A stretch of 64,000 bases of DNA, taken from the IMG/VR virus record IMGVR_UViG_3300035034_001740, positions 12,476-76,475 of that record. One strand, 5' to 3'. Under the pieces are notes generated by a model. It ran no database searches. It had not been told where the DNA came from and was given only the letters and a program-made list of their open reading frames with translations. Source of the DNA: a virus (taxonomy: Duplodnaviria > Heunggongvirae > Uroviricota > Caudoviricetes). Position 1 is the first letter of the stretch. Every line of letters begins with the position of its first letter. The translations under genes and the position numbers were made by a program. Shown here in pieces: positions 17,214 to 26,894 of the stretch.

Positions 17214-17242
17214 TTGACAATAGGAGTCGTCGAATGTATAAA
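17214..17242 (+). promoter_or_regulatory. sigma70-like promoter TTGACA-17-TATAAA
   Basis: Upstream of prkA; followed by SD aaggaaag. Confidence 0.5.
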
Positions 17243-17280
17243 ATAGGTAATGAAAATCAAAACTCAAGGAAAGAAATAAT

Positions 17281-19200
17281 ATGTCGATTATAAAATCAAT
17301 TGTAGAACAATATAAACAATCTAAAGATGAAGAGTATTCATTGGAAGATTACATTGAATTGTGTAAGACGAATAAGTTAGCTTATGCTTCACCCGCTGAG
17401 AGAGTTTTAGACGCTATAGGTGATCCTGAACTTATCGATACTCAGAAAGACCCAACGATGGGAAGAATCTTTCAGAATAGAACAATTAAGGTATATCCAG
17501 CGTTCAAAGATTTTTATGGGCTCGAAGAGGTCATTGAACAAATCGTTGGTTATTTTACTCACGCTGCTCAAGGGTTGGAAGAAAAGAAACAAGTGTTTTA
17601 TCTTCTTGGACCTGTCGGTGGTGGTAAATCGTCTTTGGCTGAACGGATCAAGGAATTGGTTGAGGTTCACCCAATTTACGTTCTAAAGGCTGGTGATACA
17701 ATTTCTCCTGTTTTCGAATCTCCGCTTTCTTTGTTCAATGAGTCTCACTCTGAGGAACTTGGGATTCCAAAGAATCGACTAAAGACAATTCTTTCGCCTT
17801 GGGCAATCAAACGTCTTGACGAATATGGTGGAGACATTTCAAAGTTTTCCGTTGTTCGTATGATGCCTTCTAAACTTCGTCAACGTGGTGTTGTTAAGAC
17901 GGAACCAGGCGATGATAACAACCAAGATATCAGTTCGTTGGTTGGTAAGGTTGACCTTCGTAAGTTGGATGAACTTAGTCAAAATGATCCAGATGCTTAC
18001 TCATTCAGTGGTGCTCTTTGTCGTGGTAATCAAGGTGTTATGGAGTTCGTGGAAATGTTCAAGGCTCCAATCAAAACTCTTCACCCATTGTTGACTGCTA
18101 CACAAGAAGGTAACTATGTTGGTTCGGAAGAAATTGGACCTATTCCTTTCGACGGTGTTGTTATGGCTCACTCCAATGAATCTGAATGGAAGACTTTTAG
18201 AAACAACAAGAATAATGAGGCGTTCTTAGACCGTATCTATCTTGTAAAGGTTCCATACTCTGTTCGTTACGACGAAGAGAAGAAGATTTATGAGAAGTTG
18301 CTTAGAGAATCTAATCTCTTCGACGCTCCTTGTGCTCCAAAGACACTTGAGATTCTATCCAAGTTCTCTGTATTAACACGATTGGTTGAACATGAGAATT
18401 CAGACTTGTTTACCAAGTTACGAATCTATAATGGCGAAAACTTAAAAGATGTTAAGCCAGACGCTAAGTCGGTTCAAGAGTATAAAGACTATGCTGGTCT
18501 TGATGAAGGCATGAGTGGGTTCTCCACACGAGCAGCTTTCAAAGTATTATCAAAGACATTCAATCATGATGCTAACGAGATTGCTGCTGACCCAATTCAC
18601 CTGATGTATGTGTTGGAAGAGGCTGTTAAGAAAGAACAGTATGGTTCTGAGAAAGAAGATGAATATATCAACCTTATTAAGAACACTTTGACTTCTAAGT
18701 ATGCTGAGGAAATCGGCAAGGAAATTCAAAAGGCTTACCTTGAATCATATAGTGATTACGGACAGAACATCTTTGAACGGTATGTTAACTACGCTGACCA
18801 CTGGGTTCAAGATCAGGAATACAAAGACCACGATACAGGTCAACTCATTTCCAAACACGCTCTTGAAGCTGAGCTTGAGAAGTTGGAGAAGCCTGCTGGA
18901 ATCGGCAACGTTCAAGACTTCCGACATGAGATTGTAAACTTTGTTCTTCGATCTAAGTCAAAGAATGGTGGTAAGTTCCCACGTTGGGATTCATTCCAAA
19001 AGATGAAGGATGTAATCGAACACAAGATGTTCGCTTCAACAGAAGAACTGCTTCCTGTTATCTCATTCGACTCTAAGAAGTCTTCCAAGGATACAAAGAA
19101 ACACAATGACTTCGTATCACGTATGGAGAAGAACGGTTACACTCTACGTCAAATCAAGAGAGTCGTTGACTTCTACATGAGATACTCAAAGAGTAACTAA
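17281..19200 (+). CDS. prkA: PrkA family serine protein kinase (AAA+ ATPase domain)
   Basis: Walker A LLGPVGGGKSSLAERIKEL; ~640 aa; overall PrkA/YeaG architecture. Confidence 0.88.
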   Translation: MSIIKSIVEQYKQSKDEEYSLEDYIELCKTNKLAYASPAERVLDAIGDPELIDTQKDPTMGRIFQNRTIKVYPAFKDFYGLEEVIEQIVGYFTHAAQGLEEKKQVFYLLGPVGGGKSSLAERIKELVEVHPIYVLKAGDTISPVFESPLSLFNESHSEELGIPKNRLKTILSPWAIKRLDEYGGDISKFSVVRMMPSKLRQRGVVKTEPGDDNNQDISSLVGKVDLRKLDELSQNDPDAYSFSGALCRGNQGVMEFVEMFKAPIKTLHPLLTATQEGNYVGSEEIGPIPFDGVVMAHSNESEWKTFRNNKNNEAFLDRIYLVKVPYSVRYDEEKKIYEKLLRESNLFDAPCAPKTLEILSKFSVLTRLVEHENSDLFTKLRIYNGENLKDVKPDAKSVQEYKDYAGLDEGMSGFSTRAAFKVLSKTFNHDANEIAADPIHLMYVLEEAVKKEQYGSEKEDEYINLIKNTLTSKYAEEIGKEIQKAYLESYSDYGQNIFERYVNYADHWVQDQEYKDHDTGQLISKHALEAELEKLEKPAGIGNVQDFRHEIVNFVLRSKSKNGGKFPRWDSFQKMKDVIEHKMFASTEELLPVISFDSKKSSKDTKKHNDFVSRMEKNGYTLRQIKRVVDFYMRYSKSN

Positions 19201-19209
19201 TTCAATCAT

Positions 19210-19238
19210 CCCCACAAGAGAACCTTGTGGGGGTTTTT
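19210..19238 (+). terminator. Rho-independent terminator (ccccacaag/cttgtgggg stem, then TTTTT)
   Basis: 9-bp perfect stem right after the prkA stop. Confidence 0.6.
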
Positions 19239-19251
19239 ACTAAATTAATTT

Positions 19252-19449
19252 ATGCCAAGACAAGAAAATAAAAAGCAGTTGGTGGTGAAGATGGAACGTG
19301 AACCTGTTAACGGTGAAATATTTGATGTTCTGAAAATCGATGGTCAAGAGATTGTCGCATTTCATGTAACGAATATTGATAGGTTAGGATTGGAACACAA
19401 TAATAAAACTATGGCGGATGCTGTAGTAGACTACCTCACAAAGAAATAA
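19252..19449 (+). CDS. Hypothetical protein
   Basis: 65-aa ORF between prkA and yeaH. Confidence 0.35.
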   Translation: MPRQENKKQLVVKMEREPVNGEIFDVLKIDGQEIVAFHVTNIDRLGLEHNNKTMADAVVDYLTKK

Positions 19450-19451
19450 TT

Positions 19452-20735
19452 ATGGCTCGTATTATAGACAGACGTAAAAATTTGAAAGGGAAATCGACAA
19501 GTAATAGACAACGTTTTATTAAGCGTGCTAAAGAAGCTATTCGCGAATCCCTCAAAGATAAGATTAGAGGTCGTAAGGTAACTGACACGTCAACGGGTGA
19601 AAACGTTATAATCCCAAAAGAAGGTATCAAAGAACCTACGTTTGGTCACGACTGGGAAACTGGTAAGAAGAATGATGTTCGTCCAGGAAACAAGACGTAT
19701 AAAAAAGGTGATACAATTCGTAGGCCTCCAGAAAACGCCGGTGGTGGTGGAAAACAAGGTTCTAATGGTGATGAAATTTCTGAGGATGAATTTGAGTTTG
19801 CTTTAAGTAAAGAAGAATTTTATGACTTGTTCTTTGAAGATTTGGAACTTCCAAATTTACAAGATAAGGAAATGAAGGAAATAAAAAACTTCAAGAGTGT
19901 CAGAGAAGGCTTCCGTAAAGATGGAAGTATATCAAACCTCGACAAGTTGCAGTCTTATAAGAATTCGTTGGGTAGACGAATTGCTCTTAAACGACCCTCA
20001 AAGAAAGTTCTTGATAAGTTGGAAGTTGATCTGATCGAAGCTGAGGATGAAGAAGATATCAAGACACTCGAAGAGAAAATCATGAAGATGAAAAAGAAGT
20101 TCCGTCAGGTTCCTTTCTTTGATGAAGTTGACATGAGATTCCGTAACTACAATCTCAAACCACAACCTAATGACAAGGCTGTTATGTTTTGTGTAATGGA
20201 TGTGTCTGCTTCGATGGGTGAACACGAAAAGGGTTTGTCAAAACGATTCTTCATGTTACTTTATATGTTCCTTGAACGTAAGTATGAACATACTGATATC
20301 ATATTCATTAGACACCACACAGCGGCGTCTGAGTGTGATGAAGAGACATTTTTCCATTCAAAGGAAACAGGTGGAACGGTTGTTAGTTCAGCGTTTAAGT
20401 TATTGAAAGAAATTCAACGTGAAAGATACCCTACGAATGAATGGAATATCTACATCGCTCAATGTTCTGATGGTGATAACTTCGGAGACGATACCGCTGA
20501 GGTTATTAACATTCTTCAAAACGATTTGCTTCCGATTACACAATACATGGCATACATTCAAACAGAATATCATAGATCGAGGTATTCGGATATGTATTTC
20601 AATTCTGATTATGGGTTGTGGTGCCATTATGATGTGTTACGAGATACCGCTAGTAACTTCGATATGAAACAGGTGAATCAATCTCCTGATATATGGAAGG
20701 TGTTCATTGAACTATTCAAGAAACAAGATAGATAA
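19452..20735 (+). CDS. yeaH: YeaH/YhbH family protein (DUF444/UPF0229, vWA-like)
   Basis: N-terminus MARIIDRRKNLKGKSTSNRQRFIKRAKEAIRE matches the YeaH/YhbH signature; 427 aa. Confidence 0.85.
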   Translation: MARIIDRRKNLKGKSTSNRQRFIKRAKEAIRESLKDKIRGRKVTDTSTGENVIIPKEGIKEPTFGHDWETGKKNDVRPGNKTYKKGDTIRRPPENAGGGGKQGSNGDEISEDEFEFALSKEEFYDLFFEDLELPNLQDKEMKEIKNFKSVREGFRKDGSISNLDKLQSYKNSLGRRIALKRPSKKVLDKLEVDLIEAEDEEDIKTLEEKIMKMKKKFRQVPFFDEVDMRFRNYNLKPQPNDKAVMFCVMDVSASMGEHEKGLSKRFFMLLYMFLERKYEHTDIIFIRHHTAASECDEETFFHSKETGGTVVSSAFKLLKEIQRERYPTNEWNIYIAQCSDGDNFGDDTAEVINILQNDLLPITQYMAYIQTEYHRSRYSDMYFNSDYGLWCHYDVLRDTASNFDMKQVNQSPDIWKVFIELFKKQDR

Positions 20736-20740
20736 AAGTT

Positions 20741-22321
20741 ATGCCAAGAAAGTCAAAGTTGTTATATAATAGTGCCGAATGGGATTTTGACGCGATTCGT
20801 AGAGTATACGATGAATGTGACAAAATCGCTAAAGAGGAACTAAAGTTAGATATATACGAAAATCAGATTGAAATGATTTCATCTGAACAGATGCTTGATG
20901 CTTATACATCGGTGGGAATGCCTATCATGTATAATCATTGGAGCTTCGGAAAACATTTCGTCCAAGAGTCTACAAAATATAAGAGAGGTCAAATGGGATT
21001 GGCATACGAAATCGTCATTAACTCAGACCCTTGTATTTCGTATCTCATGGAAGAGAACACCATGACCATGCAGACATTGGTTATTGCTCACGCTGCTTTC
21101 GGTCATAACTATTTCTTCAAGAACAATTATCTGTTTAAAGAATGGACTGATGCTAGTGGCATCATACCGTATCTTTCATTCGCTAAACGTTACATCTCTG
21201 AGTGTGAAGAGAAGTATGGTGAACGTGAAGTTGAACTAATTCTCAACAGTTGTCATGCGTTGAAGAACCATGGCGTCAACAAATACAAAAGGCCGCCTCA
21301 GCTTTCAGTGGGCGAAGAGAAGTTACAACAACAAGAACGTCAAGACTTTTTGGATTCTTCTGTAAATCACTTGTGGAGAAGTTTCGACTCTACAACAAGA
21401 GACGGAGTGAACCCTAATACTTTTCCTGAGAAAGAGGAAGAGAACATTTTGTACTTCATGGAGAAGCATGCACCTAACCTTGAACCTTGGCAACGAGAAA
21501 TCATTCGTATCGTTCGTAAGGTAGCTCAATACTTTTATCCCCAACCTCAAACAAAGACCATGAATGAAGGGTGTGCTACATACGTTCACTACTACATCAT
21601 GAATCGTTTGTATGATAAGGGTAAAATCTCAGACGGTAACATGAAAGAGTTCTTAATCTCACACACCAATGTTGTTCATCAACCTGATTATGATGATGTA
21701 GTTATCTATAAAGACGAAAACGGCGAAGAGAAGTCATACAGTCGTTACAATGGTATTAATCCATATGCGTTAGGATTTGATATGTTGAGAGACATGGAAC
21801 GTATGTGTAAGAATCCAACGGAGGAAGATAAATACTATATGCCTGAGGTCGCTGGTACTGATTGGTTGGAAACGTTTCATTATTCGATGCAGAACTTTCG
21901 TGACGAAAGTTTCATCAGACAATACCTTAGTCCTACTATGGTTAGAAAGTGGAAGATGTTTGTTATGAATGATGACGCTGATGAAAGTTTATATAAGATA
22001 TCTGCTATCCAAGATCAAACAGGGTTCAACAATGTTAGGAACGCATTAGCAGAACAACACATGATAACTAATTACTATCCTGAGATTAAGATTACTAATG
22101 TCGATATTAAAGGTGATAGGTCAATGTTATTGACTCACCAATCACATGACGGTGTCGAAATCGGTAAAGACGATATAGAAGACATGATGAAACACTTGTA
22201 TCGTCTATGGGGTTATAACATTAAGATTGAAAGTTATAACTCAGAAGACGGAAGTATTATCGAAGAGTTTGAAACTGACTTTTCGGATGTGGAAGAAGAG
22301 GATGATGAATTTCCGTTTTAA
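20741..22321 (+). CDS. spoVR: SpoVR family protein
   Basis: ENQIEMISSEQMLDAYTSVGMPIMYNHWSFGKHF matches the conserved SpoVR N-domain; acidic C-terminal tail. Confidence 0.85.
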   Translation: MPRKSKLLYNSAEWDFDAIRRVYDECDKIAKEELKLDIYENQIEMISSEQMLDAYTSVGMPIMYNHWSFGKHFVQESTKYKRGQMGLAYEIVINSDPCISYLMEENTMTMQTLVIAHAAFGHNYFFKNNYLFKEWTDASGIIPYLSFAKRYISECEEKYGEREVELILNSCHALKNHGVNKYKRPPQLSVGEEKLQQQERQDFLDSSVNHLWRSFDSTTRDGVNPNTFPEKEEENILYFMEKHAPNLEPWQREIIRIVRKVAQYFYPQPQTKTMNEGCATYVHYYIMNRLYDKGKISDGNMKEFLISHTNVVHQPDYDDVVIYKDENGEEKSYSRYNGINPYALGFDMLRDMERMCKNPTEEDKYYMPEVAGTDWLETFHYSMQNFRDESFIRQYLSPTMVRKWKMFVMNDDADESLYKISAIQDQTGFNNVRNALAEQHMITNYYPEIKITNVDIKGDRSMLLTHQSHDGVEIGKDDIEDMMKHLYRLWGYNIKIESYNSEDGSIIEEFETDFSDVEEEDDEFPF

Positions 22322-22348
22322 TTAAAATAAAACAAAATTATTTAAAAT

Positions 22349-22383
22349 AAGACCCATCGATGAAATATTCGTTGGGTCTTTTC
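22349..22383 (+). terminator. Rho-independent terminator (aagaccca/tgggtctt stem + TTTT)
   Basis: Inverted repeat with a 16-nt loop after spoVR. Confidence 0.5.
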
Positions 22384-22423
22384 ATATATATGTATATATG
22401 AAAGTAAAGCACACACAACATAA
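22384..22423 (+). repeat. AT-alternating leader element ATATATATGTATATATG-AAAGTAAAGCACACACAACATAA (copy 1 of 2; see 45094)
   Basis: ~40-nt near-identical copy at 45094-45133; contains the start codon and first 8 codons of an MK[IV]KHT(R/Q)H gene. Confidence 0.6.
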
Positions 22424-23021
22424 ATCCATTCGGTCGCCTATAAAGGTGGGCCGATCTTGTTTTGACATTGGCGAACTACCATTTCCACAAATTTCGGACT
22501 TGAGACCATATCAACTCAAAATTTTTGATATGCTGTGTAGAGGTAAAACTTTGCATGTGACAAAATCTCGTCAAATTGGAATGACCACTGTAGCAGTTAT
22601 ATATGCCGGTTTAAAAATACAACAAGAAGGCGTTCGTCCAAACATTCTTGCAATGGATTCTAAGATGGAAAAACATATTGAACACATGATTACTGACCGT
22701 GTGGGCAATGAATCATGGAAATATATGCCAGTCGGTTGGTCTATGTTAGATGAAAGTGAATGGATACATGAACTTAAATTTAGAGGTGTGGATATAAAAG
22801 ACCAAGTGTTCTCATACTCATCTGTTCACTATGGAGGAGTATGTGACTTTCTGACAAGTAGATTTGTAAACGACCCTACATCAGAGTATAGATTGATAAC
22901 ATACAAAGATGCGTTTCCTGGAACTACTGATGAAGAGATTGACCAGTTGAAGTTGTATATGGGAAGTGTCGGATTTAATAAGGATATGATGTGTAAATTA
23001 CACCATGAGGAAAAGATTTAA
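22398..23021 (+). CDS. Hypothetical protein, MK[IV]KHTRHN-leader family member (MKVKHTQHK...)
   Basis: Starts with the conserved leader peptide; contains a P-loop-like SRQIGMTT. Confidence 0.5.
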   Translation: MKVKHTQHKSIRSPIKVGRSCFDIGELPFPQISDLRPYQLKIFDMLCRGKTLHVTKSRQIGMTTVAVIYAGLKIQQEGVRPNILAMDSKMEKHIEHMITDRVGNESWKYMPVGWSMLDESEWIHELKFRGVDIKDQVFSYSSVHYGGVCDFLTSRFVNDPTSEYRLITYKDAFPGTTDEEIDQLKLYMGSVGFNKDMMCKLHHEEKI

Positions 23022-23214
23022 AGGCGATTTAAAACTAACATCGGTCAACGTATTTGAAGATCGGTATAGAAAATTCAAAGAAGTAAATTTGGGTAGTAGT
23101 ATGACACTGCAAAAGTTGGTGAATCGTTCTTTAGCTCTATATCTAAAAGATGATGAGTATAGAATATTACTCGATGAAATGTTAGATTTACAAGATAGTG
23201 GAAGTTCGTTCTAA
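23005..23214 (+). CDS. Hypothetical protein
   Basis: ORF only. Confidence 0.35.
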   Translation: MRKRFKGDLKLTSVNVFEDRYRKFKEVNLGSSMTLQKLVNRSLALYLKDDEYRILLDEMLDLQDSGSSF

Positions 23215-23258
23215 TGAAAGTTAAACATACAAGACATTACAAAGGTGTAAATCTGTAG
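23214..23258 (+). pseudogene. Truncated MKVKHTRH-leader ORF (14 codons: MKVKHTRHYKGVNL*)
   Basis: Same leader codons as the other family members but stops after 14 aa; likely a remnant. Confidence 0.35.
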
Positions 23259-23276
23259 TAAAAGATAAGGAAGAGA

Positions 23277-24776
23277 TTGATGAAAAATAAAAAAAAGAGA
23301 ATACTTTTGTTAAGCGATGATATTAGGATGCACAGTGGCATTTCTACGATGTCAAGGGAACTGGTTTTGGGTTGTGTACACAAATATGATTTTGTACAGG
23401 TGGCGGCTGCTCAAAAGCATCCTGAAGAGGGGAAGGTTTTTGATATGAGTGATGCTGTTAACAAAGAAAAAAATATTACAGACTCATATGTTAAGTTATA
23501 TCCAACGAGCGGATACGGAAATCCGGACCTTATTCGCCGTTTGATTAAAGAGGAAGAGATTGATGTTATACTTCACTTTACTGACCCAAGATTCTGGACG
23601 TGGTTATATAATATTGAAAGAGAAATACGCCAACAGATTCCAATTACGTATTTAAACATCTGGGATAATATTCCCGCTCCAATGTGGAACCGACCATTTT
23701 ATATGAGTTGTGATGCTTTGTTTTCAATCTCTAAACAAACTTACAATATCAATAAGATTGTATTGGGTGAAGATTGTTGGGTTAGTTCAAAAGACGTAAA
23801 ATCCAAAGACGACTTGAAAGGGAAATCTTTACTTCATTATGTCCCACACGGAATCAATGAAGATGTATTTAAACCGTTAGATAAAAACGATTCTAAACTG
23901 TTGGATTTTAAAAAGAAGATTTTTGGCAATAAAGAGTATGAGTATGTTTTATTTTATAACAATCGGAATATTGGAAGAAAGCGTGTATCGGATATAATAC
24001 TAGCATACAGAAGTTTTTGTGATTCATTACCTAAGAAAGAATCTGATAAGTGTTGTTTGTTGTTACATACCGCTAAAGTTGACCCAAGTGGAACAGACCT
24101 TCCAGCGGTGATTGAAGCTTTGTGTCCAGACTATAACATAGTATTCAGTACTAACAAGTTGGCGCCATTTGAAATGAACATGTTATACAATATTTCAGAT
24201 GTTGTTGTTAACAACGCTAGTAATGAAGGGTTTGGTTTAAGTCATGCTGAAGGTTTGATGGCTGGACGAGTTTTAATTAACAATGTCACCGGTGGATTGC
24301 AAGACGGAGCTAATTTCATGGATGATGATGGCAACGCTGTTGAGTTTACAGACGAATGGGGCAGTAATCACGATGGTCGATATAAGAAGTGTGGTAAGTG
24401 GGTAAAACCTGTCTTTCCAGCTGCTAGGCAGATTCATGGTTCTCCTGCTACTCCATATCTATTTGATGATCACACCAGATGGGAAGATTTCGCTGAGGCT
24501 ATTATGTATTGGTATCTGAAGGGGCCTGAAGAAAGAACTGAATGTGGTCAAGCTGGTCGTGAGTTCGCTATGGGTGACGGTGGATTGAATTCTAAGAATA
24601 TGAGCAAACAGTTAATTCTTGGTATGGAAACAACACTTAATAACTGGACTCCAAGATCAAAATTTAGTATTCACACAGACGATGAATACCACGGACACAC
24701 ATACGAAAATGGATGTGGAGTTATAATTCCGCCGGTCAACATCGAAAAAATCAAGGAGGAAATATCAAATGAGTAA
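23277..24776 (+). CDS. Glycosyltransferase, family 1 (GT-B)
   Basis: C-terminal NNASNEGFGLSHAEGLMAGRVLI matches the GT1 E-x-FG...E-A-x-A-x-G-x-PVI motif. Confidence 0.6.
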   Translation: MMKNKKKRILLLSDDIRMHSGISTMSRELVLGCVHKYDFVQVAAAQKHPEEGKVFDMSDAVNKEKNITDSYVKLYPTSGYGNPDLIRRLIKEEEIDVILHFTDPRFWTWLYNIEREIRQQIPITYLNIWDNIPAPMWNRPFYMSCDALFSISKQTYNINKIVLGEDCWVSSKDVKSKDDLKGKSLLHYVPHGINEDVFKPLDKNDSKLLDFKKKIFGNKEYEYVLFYNNRNIGRKRVSDIILAYRSFCDSLPKKESDKCCLLLHTAKVDPSGTDLPAVIEALCPDYNIVFSTNKLAPFEMNMLYNISDVVVNNASNEGFGLSHAEGLMAGRVLINNVTGGLQDGANFMDDDGNAVEFTDEWGSNHDGRYKKCGKWVKPVFPAARQIHGSPATPYLFDDHTRWEDFAEAIMYWYLKGPEERTECGQAGREFAMGDGGLNSKNMSKQLILGMETTLNNWTPRSKFSIHTDDEYHGHTYENGCGVIIPPVNIEKIKEEISNE

Positions 24777-24993
24777 TTTTTACTTCAGACTATCAACCAT
24801 GTTTTACAGTATTGGAAAATACTTTGAACTCAAATCGTTCAAATCTGCCGTTTCAGACAGAGTTATGATTGACTTTCAAAAGAGGGTAAATTATAAAACA
24901 TCACATCCGATTGATGTGAATGATATTCGTGAAGCCATTGATAATGGTGATGACATATGTTTAAAGTTCGGCACTTATAAAAAGAAAAAATGA
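24769..24993 (+). CDS. Hypothetical protein
   Basis: ORF only. Confidence 0.3.
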   Translation: MSNFYFRLSTMFYSIGKYFELKSFKSAVSDRVMIDFQKRVNYKTSHPIDVNDIREAIDNGDDICLKFGTYKKKK

Positions 24994-25523
24994 AAACTAG
25001 AAACATATCAGACACGGAATATCAAATGCATAAATTGAGATTAGATTATGTAAATACAATATCAAAGTTTACTGCTATATCAGTTTCAGAAGCATTTAGA
25101 ATGGCAGACTTAATGATAACTCCAATCGAAGTTACAACAGATGAGAATCAAAACTCTCCGGCGGCCAACCCTAAAGGTGAAGACACTCCAGAGGAATCGG
25201 AATATCCTATAGCAAGTCCAATTCGTATTGGGAATCAACCTACTACCTCACCGACACAAAAGGTGACGCCTCAGTTTGAAGACATGGTTGACCCCAAAAT
25301 AAAGTCAACCGTTCCAGACAAAAAAGAGTTGCAGGTTAGTGAGGAACTTTATGATTCTCGTACTGCTGGGGGAACAATCCCTATGAGGTATGAAGACAGA
25401 GTTAAGTATGCTGAGGGTCATTCGTCACAACCTCAAAAAGAATCTATTGAACGGGCCGACGGAAATAAAGTTGATGGTCGAGGATTTGGAGAAAGCGGTG
25501 GAGATTACCCCCCATTACGATAA
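24990..25523 (+). CDS. Hypothetical Pro/Thr/Glu-rich protein
   Basis: Low-complexity central region. Confidence 0.4.
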   Translation: MKTRNISDTEYQMHKLRLDYVNTISKFTAISVSEAFRMADLMITPIEVTTDENQNSPAANPKGEDTPEESEYPIASPIRIGNQPTTSPTQKVTPQFEDMVDPKIKSTVPDKKELQVSEELYDSRTAGGTIPMRYEDRVKYAEGHSSQPQKESIERADGNKVDGRGFGESGGDYPPLR

Positions 25524-25539
25524 TTTTTAAGAATACAAT

Positions 25540-26838
25540 ATGAAAAATAATATAAATAAACCTATATGTGTATTACAGGCTCCTGTTTTTTCACGTTCTG
25601 GCTACGGCGATCATTCAAGAGACATACTAAGATCGTTATACAATAGAGATGAATATGATATAAAGGTCGTTGCTACGACTTGGGGAAGTTGTCCCAACAC
25701 GGAGTTACAAGATGATTCTGAGTTTGCAAAGTTCGTTCGAAACTCCATCCTTAAAGGCCCGTTACAAAAGAAGCCTGAGATTCATATTCAGATAAGCATT
25801 CCAAACGAATTCACTCCACAAGGAAAATACAACATCGGGATTACAGCCGGTATTGAAACGACTTTGTGTCGTGCTGAATGGATTGAGGGTGTGAATAAAA
25901 TGGATTTGATCATCGTGCCTTCACAACACGCTAAGACGGTCTTCGAAAACTCAAAGTTCAAAAAGAAATTGGATGACGGTCAAGATGTTCCTGTTAAGTT
26001 AGAGAAACCAATTGAGGTATTGTTTGAGGGAAGCGATTTAGAAGTGTTCGGTCGTGGGAAGCCGAAACACCCATCAGTTGATGAACAGTTGAAAGCTGTC
26101 AAAGAAGATTTCTGTTTTCTATTTGTCGGTCATTGGCTGCAAGGTGACATCGGTGCTGATCGTAAGGATATTGGGATGTTAGTTAAAACGTTCCTTCAAG
26201 TATTTAAAGGTAAGAAGGAGGCTCCTGCTCTAGTTTTAAAAACTAGTGGTGCTGGTTTCTCTGTTGTTGATCAAATGGAATGTCTTCGTAAGATTAAGAT
26301 GATTCGTGAGAGTGTGGGTGGTGACGATCTACCAAACGTATATCTGTTACACGGGGAACTTACAATGCATGAACTCAACTATCTATACAACCATACCAAA
26401 GTAAAGGCTCACGTATCATTTACTCACGGTGAAGGATATGGAAGACCGTTGCAAGAAGCGTCATTGAGTGGGAAACCAGTTATCGCTAGTGGGTGGAGTG
26501 GTCATGTTGATTTCTTGAACAAGGATTATGCCGAACTCCTAACCGGCGAACTCGTAAAGATTCCAGATTCGGCTGCCAATGAATGGATAATCAAAGAAAG
26601 TAAATGGTTTGCCGTAAATTATTCTATCGCGGCCCAACGACTTGAAGATGTGTTTAAGAATTATAAGAAGTATGAGACTAAAGGCCAGAAACTTGCCCGA
26701 GAGAATGAAAAGAAGTTTTCATTAACAAAGATGTATGAAAACTTCGATAAGATACTTGACAACAATCTCCCCAAGTTTACTATTACGGCAGACATTCAAC
26801 TTCCAAAACTTAATTTGCCTAAGTTGAAAAAGAAATAA
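25540..26838 (+). CDS. Glycosyltransferase, family 1 (GT-B)
   Basis: HGEGYGRPLQEASLSGKPVIASGWSGH matches the GT1 C-terminal motif. Confidence 0.6.
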   Translation: MKNNINKPICVLQAPVFSRSGYGDHSRDILRSLYNRDEYDIKVVATTWGSCPNTELQDDSEFAKFVRNSILKGPLQKKPEIHIQISIPNEFTPQGKYNIGITAGIETTLCRAEWIEGVNKMDLIIVPSQHAKTVFENSKFKKKLDDGQDVPVKLEKPIEVLFEGSDLEVFGRGKPKHPSVDEQLKAVKEDFCFLFVGHWLQGDIGADRKDIGMLVKTFLQVFKGKKEAPALVLKTSGAGFSVVDQMECLRKIKMIRESVGGDDLPNVYLLHGELTMHELNYLYNHTKVKAHVSFTHGEGYGRPLQEASLSGKPVIASGWSGHVDFLNKDYAELLTGELVKIPDSAANEWIIKESKWFAVNYSIAAQRLEDVFKNYKKYETKGQKLARENEKKFSLTKMYENFDKILDNNLPKFTITADIQLPKLNLPKLKKK

Positions 26839-26894
26839 AATGAAACCAACAAACAACACTTTCGAATTCAAACTGTTAAAGAAAGAATTGACCC

